From contig CDRNVI010000048.1 in the NCBI GenBank assembly GCA_977017575.1, positions 62,001-126,000 on the forward strand: 64,000 nucleotides of DNA, in the 5' to 3' direction. Positions 52,661-61,957 of this stretch are shown here, in pieces (positions within the stretch are counted from its first letter, which is position 1; each line of letters opens with the position of its first letter). The stretch is from Paramoeba atlantica. Lineage: Eukaryota; Protista; Discosea. Made by a program: the position numbers and the translations under genes. Below the pieces are notes generated by a model. It was given only the letters and a program-made list of their open reading frames with translations, was not told the DNA's origin and searched no databases.

Positions 52661-53332
52661 TTAAACTGGAGGGGGTTTGTATCCGGACTGGGCGATGGGT
52701 AGAAACTGCTCCTGGCTTAGAGTATATTCCGCATTCATCCCTCCTCCTGGGGGAGGGGCCTGCATGTGCGCGTTCCGCGGATCCTGCGCCCCAACACCTC
52801 CATATTCTGCCATCTCCTGTTTGGTTACCTCACGCACCTCTGACCTTGTAAACATCACACTACCACGCTGTGTCATCAGGTAGCGCCGTGTCATAAAGGA
52901 CAGCTGGCTGTCTTCGGGTAATTTCATAATAGCTGCAATTCCCCATTGCTGGGAAAGAACGTACGGAATCGATGCCGCACAAAAAGCAAGGCACGTGCGG
53001 GAAAACGGAACGAAGGCTTTGGGAGGGTACCATGAATTAAAATGGTGCCAGGGTAGTTTTCCCGCCAGCCAGTAGGTGACGACGCCGGCGAGTGACATCC
53101 CGCCAGCCCCGTAGAAGGCCATTTTTTGTAACAGCCGTTGCTCCTCCATTGTCTTGTTGTCCGGGCAAAGCAGGTACTCCATCATGTCCTGGCGTGTCAT
53201 GCGACGGGTGAGTTCGTTGAAGGGTTGAACGTGCAGAGACCTTCCCGGGGTGCCTAACGTGCTGGTAGCTCCTCCGGAGGGGGTGCCGGGGTTGGAGGAG
53301 GATCCTGGGCGGCTGGTGATCTCGGTAATCAT
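52661..53332 (-). CDS. Hypothetical two-TM protein
   Basis: TM-like AFYGAGGMSLAGVVTYWLAG and CLAFCAASIPYVL; probable start MITEI at 53332. Confidence 0.75.
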   Translation of the reverse strand: MITEITSRPGSSSNPGTPSGGATSTLGTPGRSLHVQPFNELTRRMTRQDMMEYLLCPDNKTMEEQRLLQKMAFYGAGGMSLAGVVTYWLAGKLPWHHFNSWYPPKAFVPFSRTCLAFCAASIPYVLSQQWGIAAIMKLPEDSQLSFMTRRYLMTQRGSVMFTRSEVREVTKQEMAEYGGVGAQDPRNAHMQAPPPGGGMNAEYTLSQEQFLPIAQSGYKPPPV

Positions 53333-53503
53333 GTTGTGGGCAGAATATCCCACGCGTTAAATACGTATGAAAGTTATTTAAAAACAAGAATATCGAGAAA
53401 GATGAAAAATCAATTTTATAAAACGTTAAAATAGCAATTAGAGTGCGATATTTTTTTGCTGTGAGTTTCGAGCTCTATCGCTTGGTTGTAACATCACCAA
53501 ACC

Positions 53504-54328
53504 TCAAGTGTTTTCAACAGGAGACGAACTTTCGCCTCCTGCTACATGGCTCCTTCTTCCCATTAACATACGTTGCATGGGTTCTCTATGTGAGGCATTG
53601 CGCGCGAGACACTGTTGAACGGCGAGATCAAACAAGGAGGTCTGTGAAGTCGTCTTGTTCTCTGTATCCCCCGAAGTCGGTCTCCACCAACCCCCGAGCG
53701 CGTGAAGAAACAGCACCGCCCCTGTCACCGTCGTGGAGGCCAAACACAGATAACCACTCGCCTTCGAAAGCTCCGCCGCCGAAGCCTCCGAGGCCAATAC
53801 CACGGATCCTGTCGTGCTTGCTTCGGCAATGGAGGCATTTGCTTTCTCCTCCTCCTTACCCTCCCTCATTTCTGGAACCACAATCACCGTCGTACAGCTC
53901 GGCAAATCATACATCGCGAGCCCCCCATCCGCACACGCCAGCCCACATGCCATCACGGCGGCCTCCATCCCGGATCGCGGGTCCCACCCCATGTGACACA
54001 TCACCACGATCTCATAGTGCATCCGACCGAGCATCGGGAGGATAAGTGCTTTTCGAAGGGTCTGGGTAAGACTATGGGAAATCGTCCGTGTCAGCTCCGA
54101 GGCTTGCGGGGCTATGGACTCCGTTAGTCCCCCAGCGGCCAGCAGCCCGGTCCCACCCTCCAGGCGTACCGTGACATGAAGGTTAGCCTCCGGACGTACC
54201 TCTCCTGCGTGGAACTGCCGGGGGCCGTAGACCGCGGCGGTGATGTGGGCGTGGGGGAACTCGACATAGGCAGAGCCCAGAGAACTCTCGGCGATGACAC
54301 CGACGAGAGCGTGAAAGGGCGGGGACAT
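53504..54328 (-). CDS. Exosome RNase PH-domain subunit (Rrp41/Mtr3-like)
   Basis: GSAYVEFPHAHITAAVYGPR; ACGLACADGGLAMYD. Confidence 0.8.
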   Translation of the reverse strand: MSPPFHALVGVIAESSLGSAYVEFPHAHITAAVYGPRQFHAGEVRPEANLHVTVRLEGGTGLLAAGGLTESIAPQASELTRTISHSLTQTLRKALILPMLGRMHYEIVVMCHMGWDPRSGMEAAVMACGLACADGGLAMYDLPSCTTVIVVPEMREGKEEEKANASIAEASTTGSVVLASEASAAELSKASGYLCLASTTVTGAVLFLHALGGWWRPTSGDTENKTTSQTSLFDLAVQQCLARNASHREPMQRMLMGRRSHVAGGESSSPVENT

Positions 54329-54508
54329 GGGGAATGGAGGGGTTGGTAATGGAATTTTTGTATAGAAAAGCTTGAAAACCGTTAAGAAATACGTAAAAAA
54401 TGGTGTAGATAGAAAAAAATACTTTTTTTAGCAAACGATTGATAAATGCATATCACGGGTTTCATACTTGACTGACGCACAAACCGGCTTGTCTTCCCCC
54501 CCATAGGC

Positions 54509-55840
54509 TCAATAAAACGGACGCAACCGGGCACACCTCCACGCCAGCCTCTCCCTCCACCCTGGGGCGCTATCCCTTTTACGAAAGCTCACCACATGGC
54601 CGAACCCTGTGGCAATCTCACCATCGTTCCGTTCGTACACCCACCGCGACACCCACGGCAGGTGGGTCATCTCAAACCCCGCCTGCCGGTGGTGCGGCTC
54701 GCGACTCCGGTCATCCTCGGGGCGGTGGGTGAGATTCCCCCAGGTGTACCACATACTCCCGCTGGTGTAGGAGTTGGAGATCCCCAGCAGGAGGTACTCC
54801 CGCACACACCCCTCCTGGCGGAACTCCCGGGTGTAGTCCCTCTCCGGGGGCATGTCCTGGCAGAGCACCACCCCGGGGCGGTACTTCGCCAGCCCCTCCC
54901 GCACGGTCAGGGTCTCGACATCGATTTCGAGATCAAACGCGCGTTGGAGTCCCGCGGGGATGTGGAGTAAGTAGTTCGGTTTCGTGGGCTCCTCGTGGCA
55001 GGGGAGTACGGGAACGGGAATTTGGTTCGTACGATTCAGTAGATGCGCGAGACGACCGTTCATCGCGTTCACGAGGAGAATCGGGCGGGGAGGGGAGATC
55101 GCGGCCACGCGTTGGGAGAGGTAGGCGGCGAGGGCGTGGATGAATTCTTGGGTGTAGAGGAGACTTTGCTGCGTGGCCTCACAGAGGTAGCGCAGGGGGT
55201 GGAAGGAGTGGTGGTAGTTGCGGTAGAGGGCGTACCACTCGGGGAAGGTGAGGGGGGTGGAGGGGGGTTTTGCGGGGTCGCCCCCGTGCATGCGTTCGAG
55301 GGGGAAGCGGGAGATGACCTCGAGTGTGGAGAAGGGCTCGGGGGTGTACCAGTGGCGTCGAGGGAGGGAGAAACAGTGTCGCACCTCTGCGTGGGTGGGG
55401 AGGTAGTTGGGGAAAAACATTTTCTCAATGCCGTGGTAATCCAGGTTCCATTTCGGGTCTTGAAACTGTTGCGAGAGGATCTCCAGTCGTACCATCTGGA
55501 GTGCCGTGCTCAAGCGTTGTCGCTCCTGTTGTGAGGCGTTGTTGAAGGTCCTGCGAGCATTTTCTATCTGAGAGACGCTTTGGGGTTTACCGCCGTGGAA
55601 GAGGGGATCAATAGTGTTATGCGCAACTTCTGAGTGACGCGCAAGAAACGGTGCCACGGCGAAGGCGTGATCTCGTATTCTCGGAATAAATCCATACTCC
55701 GCATTTTCCGGAAAGCCGTGCCATTTTCTTCCATCCTCTTTTCCTCGCGAGAAAGATCTTGGGATAGGGCGGCTGTCTCCAGAGCAGCACGTGCGTCTCG
55801 AATTTGAATAAAGTGAGTGTGTCAGGGGTTTTCGTATCAT
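54509..55840 (-). CDS. Hypothetical protein with SAM-methyltransferase-like C-terminal domain, probably mitochondrial
   Basis: YTQEFIHALAAYL..ILLVNAMNGRLAHLL motif-I-like; R-rich N-terminus. Confidence 0.55.
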   Translation of the reverse strand: MIRKPLTHSLYSNSRRTCCSGDSRPIPRSFSRGKEDGRKWHGFPENAEYGFIPRIRDHAFAVAPFLARHSEVAHNTIDPLFHGGKPQSVSQIENARRTFNNASQQERQRLSTALQMVRLEILSQQFQDPKWNLDYHGIEKMFFPNYLPTHAEVRHCFSLPRRHWYTPEPFSTLEVISRFPLERMHGGDPAKPPSTPLTFPEWYALYRNYHHSFHPLRYLCEATQQSLLYTQEFIHALAAYLSQRVAAISPPRPILLVNAMNGRLAHLLNRTNQIPVPVLPCHEEPTKPNYLLHIPAGLQRAFDLEIDVETLTVREGLAKYRPGVVLCQDMPPERDYTREFRQEGCVREYLLLGISNSYTSGSMWYTWGNLTHRPEDDRSREPHHRQAGFEMTHLPWVSRWVYERNDGEIATGFGHVVSFRKRDSAPGWRERLAWRCARLRPFY

Positions 55841-56057
55841 TGGATTGGATGGTTTCCAGAACGGATCAGGTAGGATCCCATTTAAAACGTATTAATGGAG
55901 GAAGGCTAAGTTCTAAATTTCGGAGAAAGATGTTCCAAAGTTGATAAAATCAGTGCTAAATACTTGATCGGGTGTAGTACAATGTACAATGTACTATCGA
56001 CGCAGTTTTTAAGTTGAGTGCACGATGTCTGTTAATGTATTCCGAGATACATTTACG

Positions 56058-56691
56058 CTATATTAAAGACATGAACGATTCTCCAAGAATTTTTGTTTCC
56101 TGGAGTGCACAGTACGTCATGCCAAGTGGAAGTGACTTCTTTTCTACTTCGCCCGATAACATTCTATTTGCACGCAGACACAGACGTTTCAAGCCCGGTG
56201 GAAGAGACGAAAATATAACCCAGCCGCTTAATTGATTTGCAGATAGATTCAGGACGGTCATTGTTGGAGGCAGTTCGGTCAAAATAATGGTCCCTTCAAA
56301 AGAATTGTACGAAGCATCAAGGGATTCCAAGCGTTGCGGTAAACGTGTGAGATCTATTTCCCCATTTAAATGGTTTATGTGTGCGTTGAATCGGCGCAAA
56401 GCATACGGCAGAGATTCCCATCTTACAGACCCTTTCAGTCTTAGTCGCTCACAATCGAACCCAACGACTCTCCCGTCCGGGGCACATTGCACTCCAAACC
56501 AAGAGCAGGCGGGAACGTTTGTAACCCACGAACCTGAAGGATTTCGAATATTGGCCAACATTCGCGACAATACAAAAAGAAGGCACACCTTTCACTCGGC
56601 CGGGGCGGCAACACGTCACCTTGGTTCCCTCGTCTGCGAATCCACCGATTATAAGAAACATTAGAAGATAGGAATTAGATTTTTCCATCAA
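56058..56691 (-). pseudogene. LRR surface-protein gene, probably frameshifted near its N-terminus
   Basis: ACSWFGVQC cap + LPxxLxxLxLxxNxxxG repeats (56058-56588); signal-peptide-like MEKSNSYLLMFLIIGGFA in another frame. Confidence 0.6.
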
Positions 56692-56913
56692 AGATCACAT
56701 CAAAGATCTGACAATAATTTTAATGCTTCATAGAAAGAAGCAAACAAAGAAATAGTAGAATCACAACGGTTTATACAGAAATACAGTTTATATAGGAATA
56801 GAAATACGTGGACATACAAGCTACATGTACAAGTCTGGACATACATACAAGCTACATGTATCTAGCTAGCTAGAGGTTATCAACCTTATTGTCTTAAGGT
56901 ATGTGCCCTAGAT

Positions 56914-58317
56914 TCAAAGTTTTTTTTCATCAATCAAAGAGGTCTCGAGCGCTTTCATATCACGGTGTAACAGTAATGCATTTTCCATATCGTCGCATTC
57001 AAGTGAAGGACATATTCCTAGGTACTCCAAAAGCTGTGTAGCAGAGTAGACCTCGCCCTTACCTGAACTTATCATTTTACCCAAGACACACTGAAGGGTG
57101 CCGCCAAACGTTTTAATTACATCACTGGTAAGAAATTTAATTAGGGAGGTTGCAAAAATCTGTATATCGCTATGCTTCGTAGAAGACGGACTATTACTTC
57201 TCTGAGGATACTCTTGAGAGCTCTCAAAATTCGAAAGTTTCATGACGATATCCGAAGAGGAATTCACGTTTAATCTCGAACTTACATAAACATTTTGAAT
57301 TATGGGATTTCCATGAAAGAGTCGCGAAGAGTGTAGTGTTGCGAAGGCACGCAATACATGTACTACAGATCGACGCACTATTCCCTCGTTTTTTCCCATT
57401 TTCGTTAGATAGTATTCAAGGTTTCCCTCTGGAAAGTGTTCTAAAAGCAAGAAGCCTAAGGAGAGAGATTCCTCCCACCAAGTAGAATGCAAGACAGAAA
57501 GATAACGACACTGTTCCGCAAGATGAAGGCATCGCATTTCTAGGCGAATACGGTGTTGCATTTCGGTGAGAGATTTAGCCGCAATAAGTTTGATTACGTA
57601 ATATTGGCTATCAAGCGTCCCTTTTACAAGGTTGCTACTACTATGACTATTTTTGTTTAAACAAATGCTACGTGCTTCCGAGTTATTCGAAGGGCTGAAC
57701 GTGACTTGATAGGGCTGCCCAGTGGTATATAAAACCCCACGTACACTCAGAGATTCAAGAACACTTGAGCTTGTATTCGTTTGCTTCGTCCGAGAATACG
57801 ATTTGGTTGTAAGCCCTCCGAATTTTTCGGCCACTTCCCAATCACCCTTCTCTAATGAATCATCGGCTTTTGTCGCAAAATGTACATTAAATACGTCGTC
57901 AGAGTTGTCGGTCTCTGTCGGAGATAACAAATCCGCCGGTAAACTACGTCCTCTACCTTTACCTCTCGTATAGCTACTTATGAGATCTTTCTCTTTAACA
58001 TCACTGTGTGCGAAAAGAGTGGGAGCTGTCACGGGGCATTGATGTCCCTTATTATTTCGCGTACCGTTTCCTCTCGCTATTTCCGGGCCCAGACCACGTT
58101 GCTGTGGGGTAAGAGAAAAAGTTGCGGAGGATCGGACGTACGTTTCTGAGCTTTCCCGAAATCCGATTCCAACCATCGTGTGTCGTCTTCTTCGGCGGTT
58201 CGGGAAGTCACTGAGCGCACCGGTGATCTCAGGTGTCTTTGTGGGAGTGGGCGGAGGCTCGAGACGATTACGGGGAGTCAGCTGGGGAGTACTAGGGGGT
58301 GTACGCCATGGGTTCAT
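56914..58317 (-). CDS. Protein pseudokinase
   Basis: YVIKLI, LLLEHFPEGNL, HGN in place of HRD, NFE in place of DFG. Confidence 0.75.
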   Translation of the reverse strand: MNPWRTPPSTPQLTPRNRLEPPPTPTKTPEITGALSDFPNRRRRRHTMVGIGFRESSETYVRSSATFSLTPQQRGLGPEIARGNGTRNNKGHQCPVTAPTLFAHSDVKEKDLISSYTRGKGRGRSLPADLLSPTETDNSDDVFNVHFATKADDSLEKGDWEVAEKFGGLTTKSYSRTKQTNTSSSVLESLSVRGVLYTTGQPYQVTFSPSNNSEARSICLNKNSHSSSNLVKGTLDSQYYVIKLIAAKSLTEMQHRIRLEMRCLHLAEQCRYLSVLHSTWWEESLSLGFLLLEHFPEGNLEYYLTKMGKNEGIVRRSVVHVLRAFATLHSSRLFHGNPIIQNVYVSSRLNVNSSSDIVMKLSNFESSQEYPQRSNSPSSTKHSDIQIFATSLIKFLTSDVIKTFGGTLQCVLGKMISSGKGEVYSATQLLEYLGICPSLECDDMENALLLHRDMKALETSLIDEKKL

Positions 58318-58603
58318 AACACAAAAAAATAGAATACCTTTTAATGGCCGCGCTTCAAAACTATAAAGAAAAAACTATGAAGAGTGCCTATTCAGCGATT
58401 GTTAAATTATCTGGCATGTTAGAAAGTAAGATTTTTTCGCTACAAGACTATTAGAAGTCCCACAATCACTTGTACTGCATGTTACCAGCTTTACACTAGA
58501 AGCCTCGTACGTCTCGTAAAAAGTAGGAATAAAGAATCAGAAAGTCGTCAGCCCTCGTTGACACCGTCTTTCACAATTCGCTGGTCTACGTACTAAATAC
58601 TAT

Positions 58604-59260
58604 TTACGCGGACAAATCGTACTTCGATTTTGCCCCATTCACCACTTGTGTGAGATAATGGTAAAAGAAATCACAGTACAGTAATGTTTGTATGGTACCC
58701 GCAACCCAGCTCACGTAGGACACGTAGCCCTCCACTAGATAGCGGTAAATCCAGTTCAGGACGTAAAAAAAGCGATACGCTCCAAGACAAAATATATAGT
58801 GCGAAGTTAGCGCCTCATAGCGCTCTGTGTTCTCCAGAAGAAATATTTGTGGTAGGATAGCGACCGACTCTAAATACTCGCTGAACGTCCAGAGAACTTC
58901 TCGGCCTTCATGTAGAGTATGGCGATGAAACGTGAGTGCGAGAATCGCACAGAAGCCGATAAGGTACTGAACACGGAAGCTGTCGTTGACTCTGTCGTAT
59001 GAAGCCTTCCATGGGTTTCGGCAACGCATCAGGTAACAAATGTGATAGGAGGTAAACAGAAATATCATTTTCATCAACGAGTTGTAAGCACTGACGTACC
59101 GGGAGAACAGGTCAACGTAGCGCGTCGTGAATACCATCGCATAGAGAACTTGTGTTTTTAAGGAGATCCCCGCGGAGGTTCGGTGGCGTAACATTTTTGT
59201 GAGAAGAATGAGCACCGCGAGAAGGTGAAGCATATCACCGATCAACCGAAATAAGTTCAT
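58604..59260 (-). CDS. ERD2: ER lumen protein-retaining (KDEL) receptor
   Basis: MNLFRLIGDMLHLLA..SAGISLKTQ..RYVDLF; YLESVAILPQ; LGAYRFFYVLNWIYRY. Confidence 0.97.
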   Translation of the reverse strand: MNLFRLIGDMLHLLAVLILLTKMLRHRTSAGISLKTQVLYAMVFTTRYVDLFSRYVSAYNSLMKMIFLFTSYHICYLMRCRNPWKASYDRVNDSFRVQYLIGFCAILALTFHRHTLHEGREVLWTFSEYLESVAILPQIFLLENTERYEALTSHYIFCLGAYRFFYVLNWIYRYLVEGYVSYVSWVAGTIQTLLYCDFFYHYLTQVVNGAKSKYDLSA

Positions 59261-59536
59261 GGGTGGGCAAAAAATAGTAAGACACTAGCAACTTTAAGAC
59301 TTTTTGAAAAGAAAACAAATAGGTGTGATAAACGCAAGTATTCACGCATCTACAATTTGACAAAATCTATATCGTATATTCACCGCCCAGGAAAATAATG
59401 TCGATATTTGTCCCTTTTTTTAACTAACGTCATCACACATCCTAATCACTGCTACAAACACAATTTATTATTGGGTACCATGGTTCTTGACCACCGCGAC
59501 CTATTGATACCCAGGTCTACACCCCTCCACCTCTTC

Positions 59537-61033
59537 TTACGAATTTTCCCCGTCTGTGCCATACTCATTACCACTAGCCACGGCACTGTACGCGGCCCCA
59601 GATCCTCGCTCCCCTTCCCGTGGCCCCCCAAAGAACTCCTTCACCTTACTCCCCACCCCTCGCAGCGCTCCAGGCAGCGACACGCTCCAGAACACGTGAT
59701 GTGGGAGCAGCCCAGGGCACGTGCGCTCGCCTTGTCGGTACCGCAGCAATGCTCCCCCGATAAAATAAACCAACACAGCGCTAACGAGCAGAAAGAACAC
59801 GATGGCTCCTCTAGAAAGTCCTGAAGTTGACGCAATAAAAGTATTTACCGCGCTTTCCTCTATTTCTTCTGTCGAAGCCGCCAATCTTGGATCCGGAACC
59901 ACTGCCGGGGCTACGGTGAGCTCGACTGGAATCATATTTGTTTCATTCTCCCTTTGCTCTGGCATCTTCGCAGCCAGGTACAAATAAAAAGGCCGCGGAC
60001 TGACTTTATTCGTTACCGGGCAGCACGCCGGGGAGGCCAGCAGCCCGACAGGGTTACTATAGGACTCACTACAAATCGCCGTCGTGAAATTTCGCCGTAG
60101 CATCTCCGGGCTCACCTCCGGACTGTGCGCGAGACACAACTGCAGCCCAGAGTATCCATTCGGCTGGGAGGGCGGCAGAAACGAACTCGCCGCCTTCGCC
60201 AGAAACGCCATACGGAGATGCTCCCCGGTAACCCTTAGCACTTGAAAAGGAATCCCCAACGTCCCCTCCTTCTCCCCTCCCTGGCTACTGTCTTTTACCT
60301 CCTTACCCGGGGCCGGCAACAAATACACCCGACTCAGTCCCTCCATCTCCAACGGGGGGATACACAACCGGCTGTTGGCGACGTAGGAATAGAAGGCGTA
60401 GGCGATTACTTGATGGCTACTGCTACTGCTGCTACTGTGACTACTACTGCTGCTACTCCCCCCCACCGCCTCCACCACAATCTCACACGCGAGTACCCCA
60501 CTTGTGCTCTTCGCCGCGAGTGGGGCTAAGTCCGCGGCGGCTAGATGGAGAAACCCCTCGAGAGGGGTCGCGGAGAGCGTGAAGGACTGATTCGCGTTGG
60601 CAAGAGCTCCAGAGGATGCGTGGAGGATTACGGTCATGCGTGTGTTATGGATTTTGGGGTTTGTAGAGGAAGAGGAAGAGGAAGAAGAACTTGAAGGACT
60701 AGAACTCGGTGAGACGCTCTCTCCCCGGGGATGTTCCTCAATGCCAAAGATTAAATCGGTGGAACCATCCGGGAGGGGGTAGGTGAAGGACATGCGGTAG
60801 TGATGGGGGGAGGGGAGGGGCTCGTGTGGGGTGAACGTAAAATTGCCTTGGGTGGCGTCACAGAGCATGACGTCGGTGTAGTCGGGGAGAAGGGGGGAGG
60901 GGGGAGGGGTGGGGGTGGGATCGGGAGCGAGTAGGGAGGTGGTGAGGAGGAGGGAGAGGAAGGGGAGGCAAAGGGGGGTGAAGAGGAAGAGGAAAGGCGG
61001 CGGTAGGGTAGAGCCGCTTTCCAGAGAGCGCAT
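59537..61033 (-). CDS. Type I membrane protein, ATG27/mannose-6-phosphate-receptor-like tail
   Basis: Hydrophobic N-terminus; TM then YFIGG..G..LLPHHVFW; YxxPhi motif YSAV. Confidence 0.7.
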   Translation of the reverse strand: MRSLESGSTLPPPFLFLFTPLCLPFLSLLLTTSLLAPDPTPTPPPSPLLPDYTDVMLCDATQGNFTFTPHEPLPSPHHYRMSFTYPLPDGSTDLIFGIEEHPRGESVSPSSSPSSSSSSSSSSTNPKIHNTRMTVILHASSGALANANQSFTLSATPLEGFLHLAAADLAPLAAKSTSGVLACEIVVEAVGGSSSSSSHSSSSSSSHQVIAYAFYSYVANSRLCIPPLEMEGLSRVYLLPAPGKEVKDSSQGGEKEGTLGIPFQVLRVTGEHLRMAFLAKAASSFLPPSQPNGYSGLQLCLAHSPEVSPEMLRRNFTTAICSESYSNPVGLLASPACCPVTNKVSPRPFYLYLAAKMPEQRENETNMIPVELTVAPAVVPDPRLAASTEEIEESAVNTFIASTSGLSRGAIVFFLLVSAVLVYFIGGALLRYRQGERTCPGLLPHHVFWSVSLPGALRGVGSKVKEFFGGPREGERGSGAAYSAVASGNEYGTDGENS

Positions 61034-61045
61034 AAAGGTAAGATT

Positions 61046-61095
61046 CTTGTGAAATGAAGAATATAAAAGGCGAAGAAGTAAATGAATGTGAAAAG
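61046..61095 (-). promoter_or_regulatory. Putative trans-splice acceptor
   Basis: Minus strand TTCACATTCATTTACTTCTTCGCCTTTTATATTCTTCATTTCACAAG|AATCTTACCTTTATG. Confidence 0.6.
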
Positions 61096-61303
61096 CAGAT
61101 ATGGTTTGTTTTTCTCTTTTATGGAAATTTTCGAGTATAACAAGAGTTGTTTTGAACTATGAAGCTCACCTATCAAGTAGAAAAAAGAAAACAGATTCAA
61201 AGGCGCGTGCGACATGATCCTGAGTCACAGGTTTAAATTTAGAGGAAGAGCGTCCGCTCAGGCTTGTGTGAGGTTCCTTTAAAGAAGGAACCAGCATAAA
61301 AAA

Positions 61304-61549
61304 CTATTTTTTCCTGTAAAGCTCTTCAAATTTTGCGAATGTTGCGGAGCAGATCATACCAGCCTGTAAGTGACGCTCGAGGCACCGCCTCATACAATCT
61401 TCTTCCCACCAGGTCAGTCGGTGAGTCCAGTAGGAGTGCACACATCGAGGACTACATGCTTCTGCCGCACTCATGTGTAGCCGATCCTCTTGAAGTCCTT
61501 TGAGAAATGAGAACTCTTGCTCCCACTCCGCGCTAAATCGAGAAGGCAT
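61304..61549 (-). CDS. Small Tim chaperone (twin CX3C)
   Basis: CSPRC-x15-CMRRC, 81 aa. Confidence 0.85.
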   Translation of the reverse strand: MPSRFSAEWEQEFSFLKGLQEDRLHMSAAEACSPRCVHSYWTHRLTWWEEDCMRRCLERHLQAGMICSATFAKFEELYRKK

Positions 61550-61957
61550 ATCTATAAATTCGTAAAAACCTTATTGTATTGTTCTATTTTGTTTTATAAG
61601 GAGTAGCGCTGTCAACATAATTTAAAATACAGTTACATTGTACATTTCGCTTGATTACTGAAAATCTGTTTTACCTCTATTATAACTTTTCGACTTTACG
61701 CCACTCGGGTTGAACCTTCATAACGTAGAAGCACCTATAGTGTACATCCTTGTAAACTTTATATCCCTCTCGAAGATTCCACTTTTGCCTGAAAATTTTG
61801 ATGAACCTTCTTCGGATGCGAAAGTCATCGAGCGCTTCGTGTTCTTGGAGCTTGCGAGAGTAATTAGTTTATGGTGGGTAAGATATAAATTTATTTACGT
61901 TATTGACAGAAATCATAAATTATGAACGCGGGCGGGTGCTGACGTTCTCATTCGTTA

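Noticed and set aside
61680-61880. Protein-like minus-strand frame YSRKLQEHEALDDF...KVEKL*
   Set aside because: No start codon, no recognisable motif, and no extension after removing element 3
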